A DNA stretch of 64,000 nucleotides from Phycisphaerae bacterium (GTDB taxonomy: Bacteria; Planctomycetota; Phycisphaerae; Phycisphaerales; SM1A02), in NCBI GenBank assembly GCA_018701395.1, contig JABIWU010000051.1:895-64894 (forward strand), given 5' to 3'. Position 1 is the stretch's first letter, and every line of letters starts with the position of its first letter. Shown one piece after another: positions 1 to 8,948 of this stretch. A program made the translations under genes and the position numbers. A model generated the notes under the pieces. That model was given only the letters and a program-made list of their open reading frames with translations, made no database searches and had not been told where the DNA came from.

Positions 1-56
1 AAAAACCATGCAAGAAGAAATCGTCTCCGTTGTAATTCAAAGCATGGAATAGCAAC

Positions 57-90
57 AAAAAAGCCAGAGTAACGCAAGCGTTACTCTGGC
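57..90 (-). terminator. Rho-independent terminator downstream of the thioredoxin-fold gene
   Basis: Perfect 12-bp inverted repeat gccagagtaacg / cgttactctggc (63-74 and 79-90) with a 4-nt loop. On the minus strand it is followed by T6 (A-run 57-62 on +). It lies about 20 nt past the stop at 113. Confidence 0.8.
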
Positions 91-112
91 TTTCAATGCG
101 TACTACATTACA

Positions 113-1417
113 TTATTTGCCGAGTGCTTTGGCAACTGCTTCTTTTAAGTCTTTTAGCATTGCTTCGCCGCCAACAAAACCAGAGTGTTGGTTTGCGATA
201 CTACCATCAGTTCCAATGATAACTGTTGTTGGAATACCATTAATACCATAGTTTTCCGTTAGTTTACTATCGGCACTGCCCATGAGAACAGCAGTAGTAA
301 ATTTTTTGTCAGCCCAAAACTTTTTAACTTTATTTAGAACGTCAGCAGATTCGCCACGTTCCCAAACATTCACAGCAAAAACTGTAACTTCAACACCTTC
401 TTTTTCTGCCCAAGCATCAAACTCGTTTAGGAATGGAAGACCTTCGCGACAAGGAGGACACCATGTTGCCCAGAAATCAAGCACCACTACTTTGCCTTTT
501 AGTGAGGAAAGAGTAACATCGCCTGAACCATCCATTCGAGCAAGTGTGAAGTCTGGCGCTACTTTACCTGTAAGATCTTTTTCTTCAGGACCTTCATCTT
601 CTTCAATACCCATAAGATCATCAGGTGAAGCAACTGCTTCGCGGTCACCAGCGTCAAAAGTTACTTTTGGAGCGATCTTTAGAAACTCAACATCAGAAGA
701 CGTTGTAATTTCCATACTTGGCATTCCTGGTTGTTCGATTGTTAGAACACCACCAGTAAGTACACTCTCTTTTGAAACAGTAATGTCTAGCGTGCCCATC
801 ATTGTTTTGCAATTAATGACGTCAACGCTCGCACCATCTGCATCTTTACCTTCAGTAACGCCGAGAATTGTTGCGCCGCCAGGCATACCCATTGTAAAAG
901 TGCTTACCCATACGTTCAACTCATCGCTTTCACGAAGAGCTACAGTCGTTAACCCTGGGATTGCTCCACCTTCGCCTACGCTGCTTAGCCCTTCAAAGAA
1001 ACTAGAAGCCTTTGTTTTAACAAATTTGTCTTCAACGTCTGCAAATTCAAAGTAAAAATTTCCATCTAACCAAGTAGCGGTTATTTCATCTTTAAGTTCA
1101 AGCGAGCCTACTGTATCGCCTACAAGTAATTCGATAATTAGTTTTTCATCGTCTCCACCCATCATTGCTGGTAGTGAAACGGTTATTGTTTCTTTAATGC
1201 CAGTAGCTTTTTTGTACTTCTCTGAAACTTTTTCAAGAATTGCTTTTGCAGCAGCATCAGCACTAACTTCTGCTTTCTTCGCAGGGTGTTCAGGATGGTC
1301 CGAAGGATGCTCAGGATGGTCCGATGGATGATCTGGATGCTCCGGCGGGAAGTGGTCTGGGTGTGCCAATGCGATTGGCGCTATCGCAATAGCAGTAAGT
1401 AATGTGAGGATTTTCAT
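113..1417 (-). CDS. Secreted TlpA/ResA-like thiol-disulfide oxidoreductase with N-terminal His-Pro repeat and a ~270-aa domain of unknown function
   Basis: 434-aa ORF with signal peptide MKILTLLTAIAIAPIALA. The C-terminal thioredoxin fold has VVLDFWATWCPPCREG (CPPC codons at 449-460) and GIPTTVIIG. A terminator lies downstream. Confidence 0.85.
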   Translation of the reverse strand: MKILTLLTAIAIAPIALAHPDHFPPEHPDHPSDHPEHPSDHPEHPAKKAEVSADAAAKAILEKVSEKYKKATGIKETITVSLPAMMGGDDEKLIIELLVGDTVGSLELKDEITATWLDGNFYFEFADVEDKFVKTKASSFFEGLSSVGEGGAIPGLTTVALRESDELNVWVSTFTMGMPGGATILGVTEGKDADGASVDVINCKTMMGTLDITVSKESVLTGGVLTIEQPGMPSMEITTSSDVEFLKIAPKVTFDAGDREAVASPDDLMGIEEDEGPEEKDLTGKVAPDFTLARMDGSGDVTLSSLKGKVVVLDFWATWCPPCREGLPFLNEFDAWAEKEGVEVTVFAVNVWERGESADVLNKVKKFWADKKFTTAVLMGSADSKLTENYGINGIPTTVIIGTDGSIANQHSGFVGGEAMLKDLKEAVAKALGK

Positions 1418-1491
1418 GGTGTTCTCCGTAAAGGGTGTCTAAGTTTTCTCAGGTATGTGTAAATAAAGTCCACATAGAATATCAAAGAACG

Positions 1492-1953
1492 TCACAATAG
1501 TTGCAAAATTGATGAAATTTGCTCATTTAGCACAGGATGATTAAATGATTCTGCTATCTCAGCCATAGGTTTTACTACAAATAACCGACGATGTGCCTCG
1601 GGGTGAGGGATTCGCAATCCATCAATTTCTATGATTTTATTTGAATAAAAAAGAATATCTATGTCAAGTGTTCTGGGACCCCATTTCACCGAACGCACTC
1701 GTCCATTTGATTCCTCAATGGTTAGGCAAAGTTCCAGCAATTCCGGTGGTGGCAAACTTGTTTCAATTTCAACAACCATATTGAGAAAGTTTGGTTGTGC
1801 AATTTCGCCAACTGGGTCTGTGTCATACATTGAACTTCGAGCGAGAATACGTATACATTGGTGCGCATCCAGACTCTGTAGAGCATCTTCCAAGTACCCT
1901 GCCCGATTGCCCAAATTACTTCCAAGGCCAAGAAAGGCGGTAACAAGTTTCAT
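1492..1953 (-). CDS. folK: 2-amino-4-hydroxy-6-hydroxymethyldihydropteridine diphosphokinase (HPPK)
   Basis: AFLGLGSNLGNR..., PNFLNMVVEIET, GPRTLDIDIL, LRIPHPEAHRRLFVVKP are typical HPPK motifs. I prefer the ATG at 1953 (MKLVTAF...) because it overlaps the cinA stop as ATGA. The ORF track extends to 1980. Confidence 0.85.
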   Translation of the reverse strand: MKLVTAFLGLGSNLGNRAGYLEDALQSLDAHQCIRILARSSMYDTDPVGEIAQPNFLNMVVEIETSLPPPELLELCLTIEESNGRVRSVKWGPRTLDIDILFYSNKIIEIDGLRIPHPEAHRRLFVVKPMAEIAESFNHPVLNEQISSILQLL

Positions 1954-3206
1954 AGTTGTATGTCTCTGTGTTGCCAGCACATTGATTCGGCTTCTTTACC
2001 AATCAACAACAGCCGAACCATTTGCAGAGCAGAGTTTGCAGCGCGCCTTCTAATCTCATTTCGAGTACCAGTGAAAATAAATGCCCGAACTTGCGTTTCG
2101 CCATTAATGGTACAACCAATGAATACCGTTCCAACTGGTTTCGATTCTGTTCCGCCCGATGGACCCGCTATACCCGTTGTACTAAGTCCAATCGTAGCGC
2201 CGCTACTTTTTGCTGCACCCTCGCACATCGCTTTTGCAACTTCTGCTGAAACTGCTCCAAATTCCTCAATCAATGCTTTCGCAACTCCGAGTTGACTTGA
2301 CTTGAGAGCATTTGTGTACGTTATCCAGCCGCCGCTGAGCCATGTACTCGATCCTGGCGTGCTAGCAATCAAATCGCCAACCAAACCTGCAGTGCATGAT
2401 TCCGCAATTGCTATCGAACCATCAACAAGTTTACCCAGCGACGAAGAGAGTGTTTCACTTTCAAACCCAAAGACCCACGGTGACCATCGACATTCAATTT
2501 CTTTGGCAACTGCATTTCGTTTCTGCTCATCACTACTTGTTACTCTCGCAGTGATTCCTGAACTTCCCATCAATATAGAAACGCTTGGATCTTCCACTTG
2601 CATAATGTCTTTAATTTTTTCGCCTGCAATTGATTCTGCAATTCCCCATGCGTGCAATTCCACCGTTTGCAATGGGACTGCGCAATCTAGTTGCTCTGTT
2701 ACTTTATTTTTCACACTTTCAAACATCGGCTTCAACTCCGAAGGCGGCTCTGGCAAACAGAGAACCATACAGTTTTCAATCGAGGCGATAAGACCAGGAG
2801 CAGTTCCGTGTTTATTTTCAATCCATGTTGCCGAAACAGGACGCAGGGCTTGGACTGCATTTGGAGATGGCATAGTTAGACCCGCTTTGCTAAACCAATT
2901 CTCAATCGATGCGAGTGCTCCCTCATCCTGCACTAGTGGCTCACCTAGAGCTTTAGCGAGTGCTTTCCGAGTTCGGTCGTCTTCGGTTGGCCCGAGACCC
3001 CCTGTGAGAATGCACACATCGCTTTTCCCCACTACTGCTTGCAACGCTTCGACTATATTTTCTATTCCATCACTTACGCAACGTCGTTCAACTGTTTTAA
3101 TACCGCAAGAAAGCATTGCTCGCGACAACCAAGGACCGTTGGTATCAATACGATCACCAAGAATTAATTCATCGCCAATTGTTAGTATTGAAACGTTCGC
3201 AGACAC
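1950..3206 (-). CDS. cinA: CinA-family protein (MoCF-binding domain plus C-terminal nicotinamide-nucleotide amidase-like domain)
   Basis: N-terminus ILTIGDELILGDRIDTNGPWLS and LTGGLGPTEDDRTR. The C-terminal half has AESCTAGLVG...STTGIAGPSGGT, characteristic of CinA/PncC. Confidence 0.85.
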   Translation of the reverse strand: MSANVSILTIGDELILGDRIDTNGPWLSRAMLSCGIKTVERRCVSDGIENIVEALQAVVGKSDVCILTGGLGPTEDDRTRKALAKALGEPLVQDEGALASIENWFSKAGLTMPSPNAVQALRPVSATWIENKHGTAPGLIASIENCMVLCLPEPPSELKPMFESVKNKVTEQLDCAVPLQTVELHAWGIAESIAGEKIKDIMQVEDPSVSILMGSSGITARVTSSDEQKRNAVAKEIECRWSPWVFGFESETLSSSLGKLVDGSIAIAESCTAGLVGDLIASTPGSSTWLSGGWITYTNALKSSQLGVAKALIEEFGAVSAEVAKAMCEGAAKSSGATIGLSTTGIAGPSGGTESKPVGTVFIGCTINGETQVRAFIFTGTRNEIRRRAANSALQMVRLLLIGKEAESMCWQHRDIQL

Positions 3207-3211
3207 AAGAA

Positions 3212-4750
3212 TTATTTACCAATTACATTCAAGTACTGATTTCTAAAAAATTCGCCAGTAGTTCGCTTTAACGCAGAATTCCCGTGATCTTCAGGGTGCC
3301 ACAAACCGTCTTCAAGCCATTGGTCCCGAAGCCAGCCGTACTTCAATGTTTTTCTATCCTCTGGTGTATCCATTGCAAGTGCTCCGCCATCATTTGTTGG
3401 AATCATAGGCATTGCATCGAATGTTACGAGCATTTCTTTCAATTCGGCATCTTCGACATCATCAGAAGTCACTAAATCAACTGTGTCTGGGAACGCAGGA
3501 TGTGAAACAATTGCTTGCCAAGCATCCATTAGTTCATGATGATTGTCCATTGCCATCGCGCTAAATATTGGCGCAATAAATGCACGCATATTTCGATCTG
3601 GATATGGGGCTGGGCGTGCAGTTTCATACGGGTTTACTTGGTCGACCATTCTGTCCATGTACTTCGCGTACATCTCACGACGAACAGGCATTCGCCGCAA
3701 CTCAAAGGTGTCGGGACCCAAGTCATCGTCAACAGCATCTTCAATTTCAAATTGCCAGAGTGATTGTGCCTCTTTCGTCAAACAATATTCGATAAACAGA
3801 AGCGCTAGTGCTTCATTCGGGGCACCGCGCAATAATGAAATTGGATCTGGGTCAATCATAGTCGCGTTCGGCGGATCAATATAACCAATTCTGTCACCGC
3901 CTCCACTGCTTTTAACTGCTTGGGCTTGGTACCGACCATAAAAGTCGATGCAAATTCCCATTGCTGCATCGCCCTGACTTACATCTGCAGGTGGTTTCAA
4001 ACTACTCGCAGAAAAATAACGAGCGTTCGCTGCAGCTCGTCGTAATACTTGCCATCCTCTTTTCCATCCGAGATTTTTTAACATTGCTTCAAAGGCGGTC
4101 GTAACTGATCCCGATTGCGCGGGGTTCACCAGCGCTAATTTTCCGAATAATTCAGGATTACATAGTGCTTCCCATGTTGTTGGAGGTTCGATTCCTAAAT
4201 CCGCAAGCACTTCGTTGTTGTATACGATTCCAAAACCAGAAAGTGCGAGACCATGCCAATACCCATCTGGATCATAAATTGTGATGTCGCCAATTAAATT
4301 ATCTCCGTAGACTTCTTCCAACTTTGCTTGGTCGATAGTTGCTGGAACACTGATTGTTGTAGACAATTCTTCACCGTTTTCTCTAACAACAATCTTCTTT
4401 TTCAATACATCGTGTTCATACGAACCGCCACCAAACACTAAATCCGCTTCGCCACCAGGTTCTTTCCCAGTTTCTAGCGCATGTGTAAATTGCGATTGCA
4501 ACATTCGTCGAATTTCACTTGTTCCACCGGGTACTGACCAAATAACTTCTGCAAGTTCTCCGTATTTTGCAAGATGCCAACTTGAGAATCCTTGCCCGAA
4601 CTCATGTCGAATTTGTTCATTATGCGGCGAGATAATAATTACTTTTTTGGTGCCATTTGGAACAGAAACAAAATCTCCACGAAAAAACAATGGGACGCCA
4701 AACAAAATTGCTAGGCAAATACCAATACAAATTACTGCAGGTTTATTCAC
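3212..4750 (-). CDS. Periplasmic solute-binding protein (Fe3+/polyamine-type PBP2 fold), orphan
   Basis: The ORF is open to 4813, but the GTG at 4750..4748 overlaps the pyrF stop (GTGA). That start gives a signal anchor NKPAVICIGICLAILFGVPLFF. The body (KVIIISPHNEQIRHEF, LVFGGGS, NPAQSGS) resembles ABC substrate-binding proteins. No permease or ATPase is nearby. Confidence 0.6.
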   Translation of the reverse strand: MNKPAVICIGICLAILFGVPLFFRGDFVSVPNGTKKVIIISPHNEQIRHEFGQGFSSWHLAKYGELAEVIWSVPGGTSEIRRMLQSQFTHALETGKEPGGEADLVFGGGSYEHDVLKKKIVVRENGEELSTTISVPATIDQAKLEEVYGDNLIGDITIYDPDGYWHGLALSGFGIVYNNEVLADLGIEPPTTWEALCNPELFGKLALVNPAQSGSVTTAFEAMLKNLGWKRGWQVLRRAAANARYFSASSLKPPADVSQGDAAMGICIDFYGRYQAQAVKSSGGGDRIGYIDPPNATMIDPDPISLLRGAPNEALALLFIEYCLTKEAQSLWQFEIEDAVDDDLGPDTFELRRMPVRREMYAKYMDRMVDQVNPYETARPAPYPDRNMRAFIAPIFSAMAMDNHHELMDAWQAIVSHPAFPDTVDLVTSDDVEDAELKEMLVTFDAMPMIPTNDGGALAMDTPEDRKTLKYGWLRDQWLEDGLWHPEDHGNSALKRTTGEFFRNQYLNVIGK

Positions 4751-5592
4751 TTTGCGCCCACTTGTAATGCTGCAGAAAGTGCACGCGCTACATTTGCTAC
4801 ATCTGATTGCCAATCTGTTTTAGGTGTTGGGTAAATAACGCTCCTACTTGCTGTAACAAGTGCGCCATGACCTTGAGAAAAACACGCTGAAACATCTTCT
4901 ACAGAAGCACCTTGTGCACCGATTCCAGGCATCAAGAAAATTTGCTTGGGCATTCTTGAACGAAGTTCGATTGCTTCCGCTGGTTTAGTTGCGCCAACGA
5001 CCGCACCCAAACTACTCCAACCAGAATTGCCAATGTATGCATCTCCGCAAACAGCGAGCAAGTCAGCGATTGACTCTGCCACTGTACGATCGTCATTTAA
5101 TTGTTGTTTTTGTATTGCGTCACCGCTTGGATTGGAAGTACGCACCAAGCAAAATACGCCGAGCCCAGCATCTAAAAATGGCGCAATGCCATCAATGCCT
5201 AGATAGGGATTTACGGTAATCCAATCGCACGGTCCCTCCACAGTTGCGGATGCGGCATAATGTTCAGCAGAGATACCTATGTCTCCCCTTTTTGCATCAA
5301 GAATAACTTGAAGCCCTTTACTGCTTGCGTTTTGACGAAGTTTGCCGAGCAGAGTAATGCCGTTTGAACCTAACCGTTCAAAACATGCTGACTGAAATTT
5401 TACACTTGCTGCAATTCCAGCAACAGCCTCAATCACTCCATCGCAAAATACTTGAAATGATTCTATCTCAGGTAAACGTTGTAAGTCAACAGGCATTTTC
5501 TCAAGAACAGGGTCAAGCCCAACGCAAAGCGGGGCTCCAACTTGGTCAACTGATTCACAAAGACGGTCTGCTGGATGATTTGCACTTGTCAT
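4747..5592 (-). CDS. pyrF: Orotidine 5'-phosphate decarboxylase (type 2)
   Basis: Motifs PLCVGLDP, DAKRGDIGISAEHY and MPGIGAQG. The start is uncertain: in-frame ATGs at 5640, 5604, 5601 and 5592. I chose 5592 (MTSANHPADRL...) because it matches the usual distance to the GLDP motif. Confidence 0.8.
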   Translation of the reverse strand: MTSANHPADRLCESVDQVGAPLCVGLDPVLEKMPVDLQRLPEIESFQVFCDGVIEAVAGIAASVKFQSACFERLGSNGITLLGKLRQNASSKGLQVILDAKRGDIGISAEHYAASATVEGPCDWITVNPYLGIDGIAPFLDAGLGVFCLVRTSNPSGDAIQKQQLNDDRTVAESIADLLAVCGDAYIGNSGWSSLGAVVGATKPAEAIELRSRMPKQIFLMPGIGAQGASVEDVSACFSQGHGALVTASRSVIYPTPKTDWQSDVANVARALSAALQVGAK

Positions 5593-5619
5593 TGTGCACA
5601 TCATAGTAGAATCCACGAT

Positions 5620-5937
5620 ATGACTACCGCCCCACTGCATCTAGACCTCCAAAGCGAAGTTGGGCTCCGAATTGATTGGGACTCTAAAGTATCATCTTTT
5701 TACCCCGTAGAGTTCTTGCGAAAAATGTCCCCATCAGCAGATTCAATAGCTACCAGAGAAGAACTAGAGCAGAATCCACTTGCAATTTTACCATCAACAC
5801 ATAATTCGCCTTTGGTCATAAAAGATATCGAACTTGTTGGCAATTACGCAGTGCGATTTGTGTTTTCCGATGGACATTCCGCAGGAATCTATTCTTGGGA
5901 ATACCTTCAAAGTTTAAAGCCACCACCCAATGGATAA
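5620..5937 (+). CDS. DUF971 domain protein (gamma-butyrobetaine hydroxylase-like N-terminal fold)
   Basis: LRIDWDSKVSSFYPVEFLRKMSPSA ... NYAVRFVFSDGHSAGIYSWEYL is the classic DUF971 pattern. The ATG at 5620 is preferred over the Cys/His-rich extension from 5575. Confidence 0.7.
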   Translation: MTTAPLHLDLQSEVGLRIDWDSKVSSFYPVEFLRKMSPSADSIATREELEQNPLAILPSTHNSPLVIKDIELVGNYAVRFVFSDGHSAGIYSWEYLQSLKPPPNG

Positions 5938-6424
5938 ATTGTGCATTGAACCAAACCAAGTACCCGTCCAGCTAGAAGGCGTTGCACATGACTCGCCATT
6001 TCAGTGCACTATTTCCGTGCAACCCCACCAAACTTCAAACGAAGTAAATCACATCAACAATATTGAATATCTACGTTGGATTGACAAAGCATCACAACTA
6101 CATTGCGATGCAAAAGGTTGGACTCGAGAAAAATTGTTAAATGCCAGAGTAATGTGGTTTGTAGCACGACATGAAATTGATTACCGTGCTGAGGCAACAT
6201 CAGAAGATACCCTATTGCTAACGACTTGGATTGACGATATTAGACGTGTGAAATCTTGGAGAACAACCCAAATACATTCCCTTAGTGAAACACCAAAACT
6301 TATCTGCCAATGCAAAACCCTTTGGGTGCTTGTCGACCTTGGAACAAGAAAACCAATCGCAATTCCAAGCGAAATGGCAAATGCGCTAGAACCTTTAAAA
6401 GCTCCACGATTGGCACAACCATGA
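5930..6424 (+). CDS. Acyl-CoA thioesterase, 4HBT/YbgC-like hotdog fold
   Basis: 164 aa with VNHINNIEYLRWIDKASQLH and VARHEIDYRAEA hotdog-fold patterns. It overlaps the upstream stop by 8 nt (ATGGATAA). Confidence 0.65.
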   Translation: MDKLCIEPNQVPVQLEGVAHDSPFQCTISVQPHQTSNEVNHINNIEYLRWIDKASQLHCDAKGWTREKLLNARVMWFVARHEIDYRAEATSEDTLLLTTWIDDIRRVKSWRTTQIHSLSETPKLICQCKTLWVLVDLGTRKPIAIPSEMANALEPLKAPRLAQP

Positions 6425-7440
6425 CTGTTGCAATGGTTATTTCAAAGGATCGGCTTGAGCAAGAACATGCCATGTTTAACCGTTTAGTCGTTGGTTTACT
6501 TGATGCCGGCAATCAAGTCATTCGAGTTGTGCCTGAAACAGAAACTGACGAACTTCCGTACTACGAACAATCAGTTTCTCTTGCAAAACGTATCGCTACA
6601 CCAATGCCAATATCGAGATTGCTTCGTTCAGAACGAAAAGAAACACTCATTGAACAATTTGAAAAAAATGAAGTTAAAACGATCGTTGGCTTCGGCAAGG
6701 ATGCCATACAAGTTGCAATGGATGTTGGCAAAGCAATCGACGTACCGATTATGTGCGAAGTTGTTTCAATGCGTGGCGCGAAAGCAGTCAAGAAGAAAAG
6801 TCCAATTTGGAGATGGCTCGCTGCAACCCCATCCATTGAAAAAGAAATTGAAAGACGTGTCGGAATCGAAAGAGTCGCGCTAGTTCCCCTTGGCGTAACC
6901 GGGTACTCAAATGAAGAAAACATAGATATTTCAAAAAAGAATTGCATAGTTGTTTTAGATGCATCCGGCAATGCAAAACAAACTCGCGCTGTGTTGGAAT
7001 CTTTACGGTCGAATTCAAATGTACATATCTTTCTTGAATTGATTGGCAAACACGAACATCGTATCTGGAAAATTGTTCAGCAACTTGAAATGCACCACTG
7101 TGTCACTTGTTTACGAGACACAAGTGAGTTACGAACACTCATCATGCATTGCGACCTACTCGTAATTCCAAACAACACAATGCCACTTAGAACCATTCTT
7201 CTTGAAGCGATGTTGCAAAGAGTTCCCGTCGTTTGCACTGCACTGCCGGGATTCGATATGCTCATCAATGAAGAAACTGCAATTGTCGTACGCAATGATT
7301 GGAAATCAGCAATCGATACTCTGCTTGATTCTGGTCCAGAAGCATCTGCAATTGGAGATAATGGCGCTACGTTGATTAAAGAAAAATACGCCTCAACGAC
7401 TCAAATAGCCGCACTTGAAGCCGCATTTACCCTAATTTAA
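6421..7440 (+). CDS. Glycosyltransferase (GT-B, family 1/4-like)
   Basis: The C-terminal LVIPNNTMPLRTILLEAMLQRVPVVCTALPGFDMLINEETAIVV matches the GT1 E-x7-E region. The ATG at 6421 overlaps the thioesterase stop as ATGA. The ORF track extends to 6310. Confidence 0.7.
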   Translation: MTVAMVISKDRLEQEHAMFNRLVVGLLDAGNQVIRVVPETETDELPYYEQSVSLAKRIATPMPISRLLRSERKETLIEQFEKNEVKTIVGFGKDAIQVAMDVGKAIDVPIMCEVVSMRGAKAVKKKSPIWRWLAATPSIEKEIERRVGIERVALVPLGVTGYSNEENIDISKKNCIVVLDASGNAKQTRAVLESLRSNSNVHIFLELIGKHEHRIWKIVQQLEMHHCVTCLRDTSELRTLIMHCDLLVIPNNTMPLRTILLEAMLQRVPVVCTALPGFDMLINEETAIVVRNDWKSAIDTLLDSGPEASAIGDNGATLIKEKYASTTQIAALEAAFTLI

Positions 7441-7540
7441 CTTTATCTCATGTATTGGCGGGCAAAAAGTCGAGGAAATTAGAATCTTTCTCCCCTCCGC
7501 CTCGTCGGCTATGCTTTTGTATTGTCGGCGGGGCCTTTTT

Positions 7541-8689
7541 TTATTGAAGAAGTTTCCGAAGAATGTTAAGCCCTTGCTCAAGTTTTACTTCAGGCACTGC
7601 GAAACTAATTCTAAAATGTGTGTCATGCAATGAGAAAACATCGCCTTGAATAACAAGCACATCTTGTTCGATTGCTTTTGAAATGAATTCTATTCCAGTC
7701 AATCCATGCGTAACAGGAATTTTAGGGAACGCATAAAAAGCTCCTTCTGGCACAATCAATTCCGTTACATCACCGAGCAACTCAACAACCATGTTTCTAC
7801 GTTTTGAAAAACGCTCAATGAGTGGAGAAAGATCAATGTCGTACGCGCCAATAAGTGCATGTTGCAAAACAGAAGGTGCACAAACAAATGTTTGCTGTTG
7901 CAATTTCAACATAGCATCAATTAGTGGTTTTGGTCCTGCCGCATACCCCATCCGCCAACCAGTACAACCGTATGTTTTTCCATAACCGCGAATTACCAAA
8001 ACATCTTCATTTATTGATGCTGGGCTTGCGTGTTTCGTTGGCGGAAAAACGAACTCATCGTAAATTTCATCTGTAATTAATAAAATCCCACGATCTTTAC
8101 AGAGCAATGCGATGTCATTGACTTCCGTTTCAGTTAACACTACCCCAGTTGGGTTTGCAGGTGAGTTAAGCAAAACAGCTTTTGTCTTGTCTGTGATACA
8201 TGCCGCAATACGGTCTGCAGTCATTCGAAAATCTGGATAGGTATCGCAAAGGACAGCCTTTGCGTCTGCAATTCGTGCGAGAGTTGGATAGATGACAAAA
8301 TATGGATCGGGGATAATTACTTCATCACCTGGACCAAGAACAGTCAAAAATGCGAGTGTTAACGCTCCTGCTGTGCCCGTGGTTACCATCGCCGCGTGAT
8401 GCGCTGTATCGCCGAACTCCCAATCAAACTGCGAGTGCAGTCTTTTGTAAATTGACTTGAGTAAACCGGCATCCCCTGCTGTCTGGGTGTACCCATTATT
8501 GTCTGCAAGAATTGCATCTATCGCAGCTTGTTTAATTGCATCTGGAACTAAAAAATCTGGTTGACCAATGGATAAATTTACGGGGTCTTCACATGCTTGA
8601 GCTAGTGCCCATGCACGACGAATCCCCGATGTTTCAATCTCTTTAACGCGGTCAGAAAGCAATTGCTCAATGTCAAGCGGAGAAGCCAA
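7541..8689 (-). CDS. PLP-dependent aminotransferase, class I/II (aspartate aminotransferase-like)
   Basis: NLSIGQPDF, NSPANPTG, DEIYDEF, and GYGKTYGCTGWRMGY (PLP lysine context). Confidence 0.85.
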   Translation of the reverse strand: MASPLDIEQLLSDRVKEIETSGIRRAWALAQACEDPVNLSIGQPDFLVPDAIKQAAIDAILADNNGYTQTAGDAGLLKSIYKRLHSQFDWEFGDTAHHAAMVTTGTAGALTLAFLTVLGPGDEVIIPDPYFVIYPTLARIADAKAVLCDTYPDFRMTADRIAACITDKTKAVLLNSPANPTGVVLTETEVNDIALLCKDRGILLITDEIYDEFVFPPTKHASPASINEDVLVIRGYGKTYGCTGWRMGYAAGPKPLIDAMLKLQQQTFVCAPSVLQHALIGAYDIDLSPLIERFSKRRNMVVELLGDVTELIVPEGAFYAFPKIPVTHGLTGIEFISKAIEQDVLVIQGDVFSLHDTHFRISFAVPEVKLEQGLNILRKLLQ

Positions 8690-8691
8690 GA

Positions 8692-8919
8692 TTATTCTTC
8701 GCTTGTTTCAGCGTCACCATCTTCTTCAGTAGATTTACTCGATTTACCAGCAATTTTGATTTTGCGGCTTCCTACTTTTGGCAATCCAATTGGCGAAGCA
8801 TTTTCTTTGTCAAATTTATCTTGACCTGCAAGTTCTTCGATTCGTTCGGCACGAGTAAGAACATTACGGTGTTGGTTAAGACCTGCTGGTTTTGTTTTTA
8901 AACTTCGGTGAAGACTCAT
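8692..8919 (-). CDS. Small basic protein (TIGR04137-like, PVC-typical)
   Basis: MSLHRSLKTKPAGLNQHRNVLTRAERIEELAGQDKFDKENASPIGLPKV resembles the conserved small basic protein of Planctomycetes/Verrucomicrobia. The ATG at 8919 is preceded by AGGA. The ORF track extends to 8946. Confidence 0.65.
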   Translation of the reverse strand: MSLHRSLKTKPAGLNQHRNVLTRAERIEELAGQDKFDKENASPIGLPKVGSRKIKIAGKSSKSTEEDGDAETSEE

Positions 8920-8948
8920 AATTCTAATTCCTAATCTGAAGTGCACTA

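Noticed and set aside
282-1055. 257-aa plus-strand ORF antisense to the TlpA-like gene
   Set aside because: It lies entirely inside a well-supported minus-strand gene. The translation is Ser/Pro/Thr-rich and low complexity, with no recognisable motif or ribosome-binding site. This is a typical shadow ORF.
2302-3246. 314-aa plus-strand ORF antisense to cinA (and the smaller 1960-2295 and 2022-2249 ORFs)
   Set aside because: The opposite strand encodes a full-length CinA with conserved motifs. The antisense product is Ser-rich with no domain signature, so I treated it as a shadow ORF.
7491-7546. GC-rich segment followed by T7 (ggcggggcctttttttatt) as an intrinsic terminator after the glycosyltransferase gene
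   Set aside because: I could only pair 5 bp (CCGCC 7497-7501 with GGCGG 7527-7531) around a 25-nt loop. The stem is too weak to call with confidence, although the T-run is suggestive.
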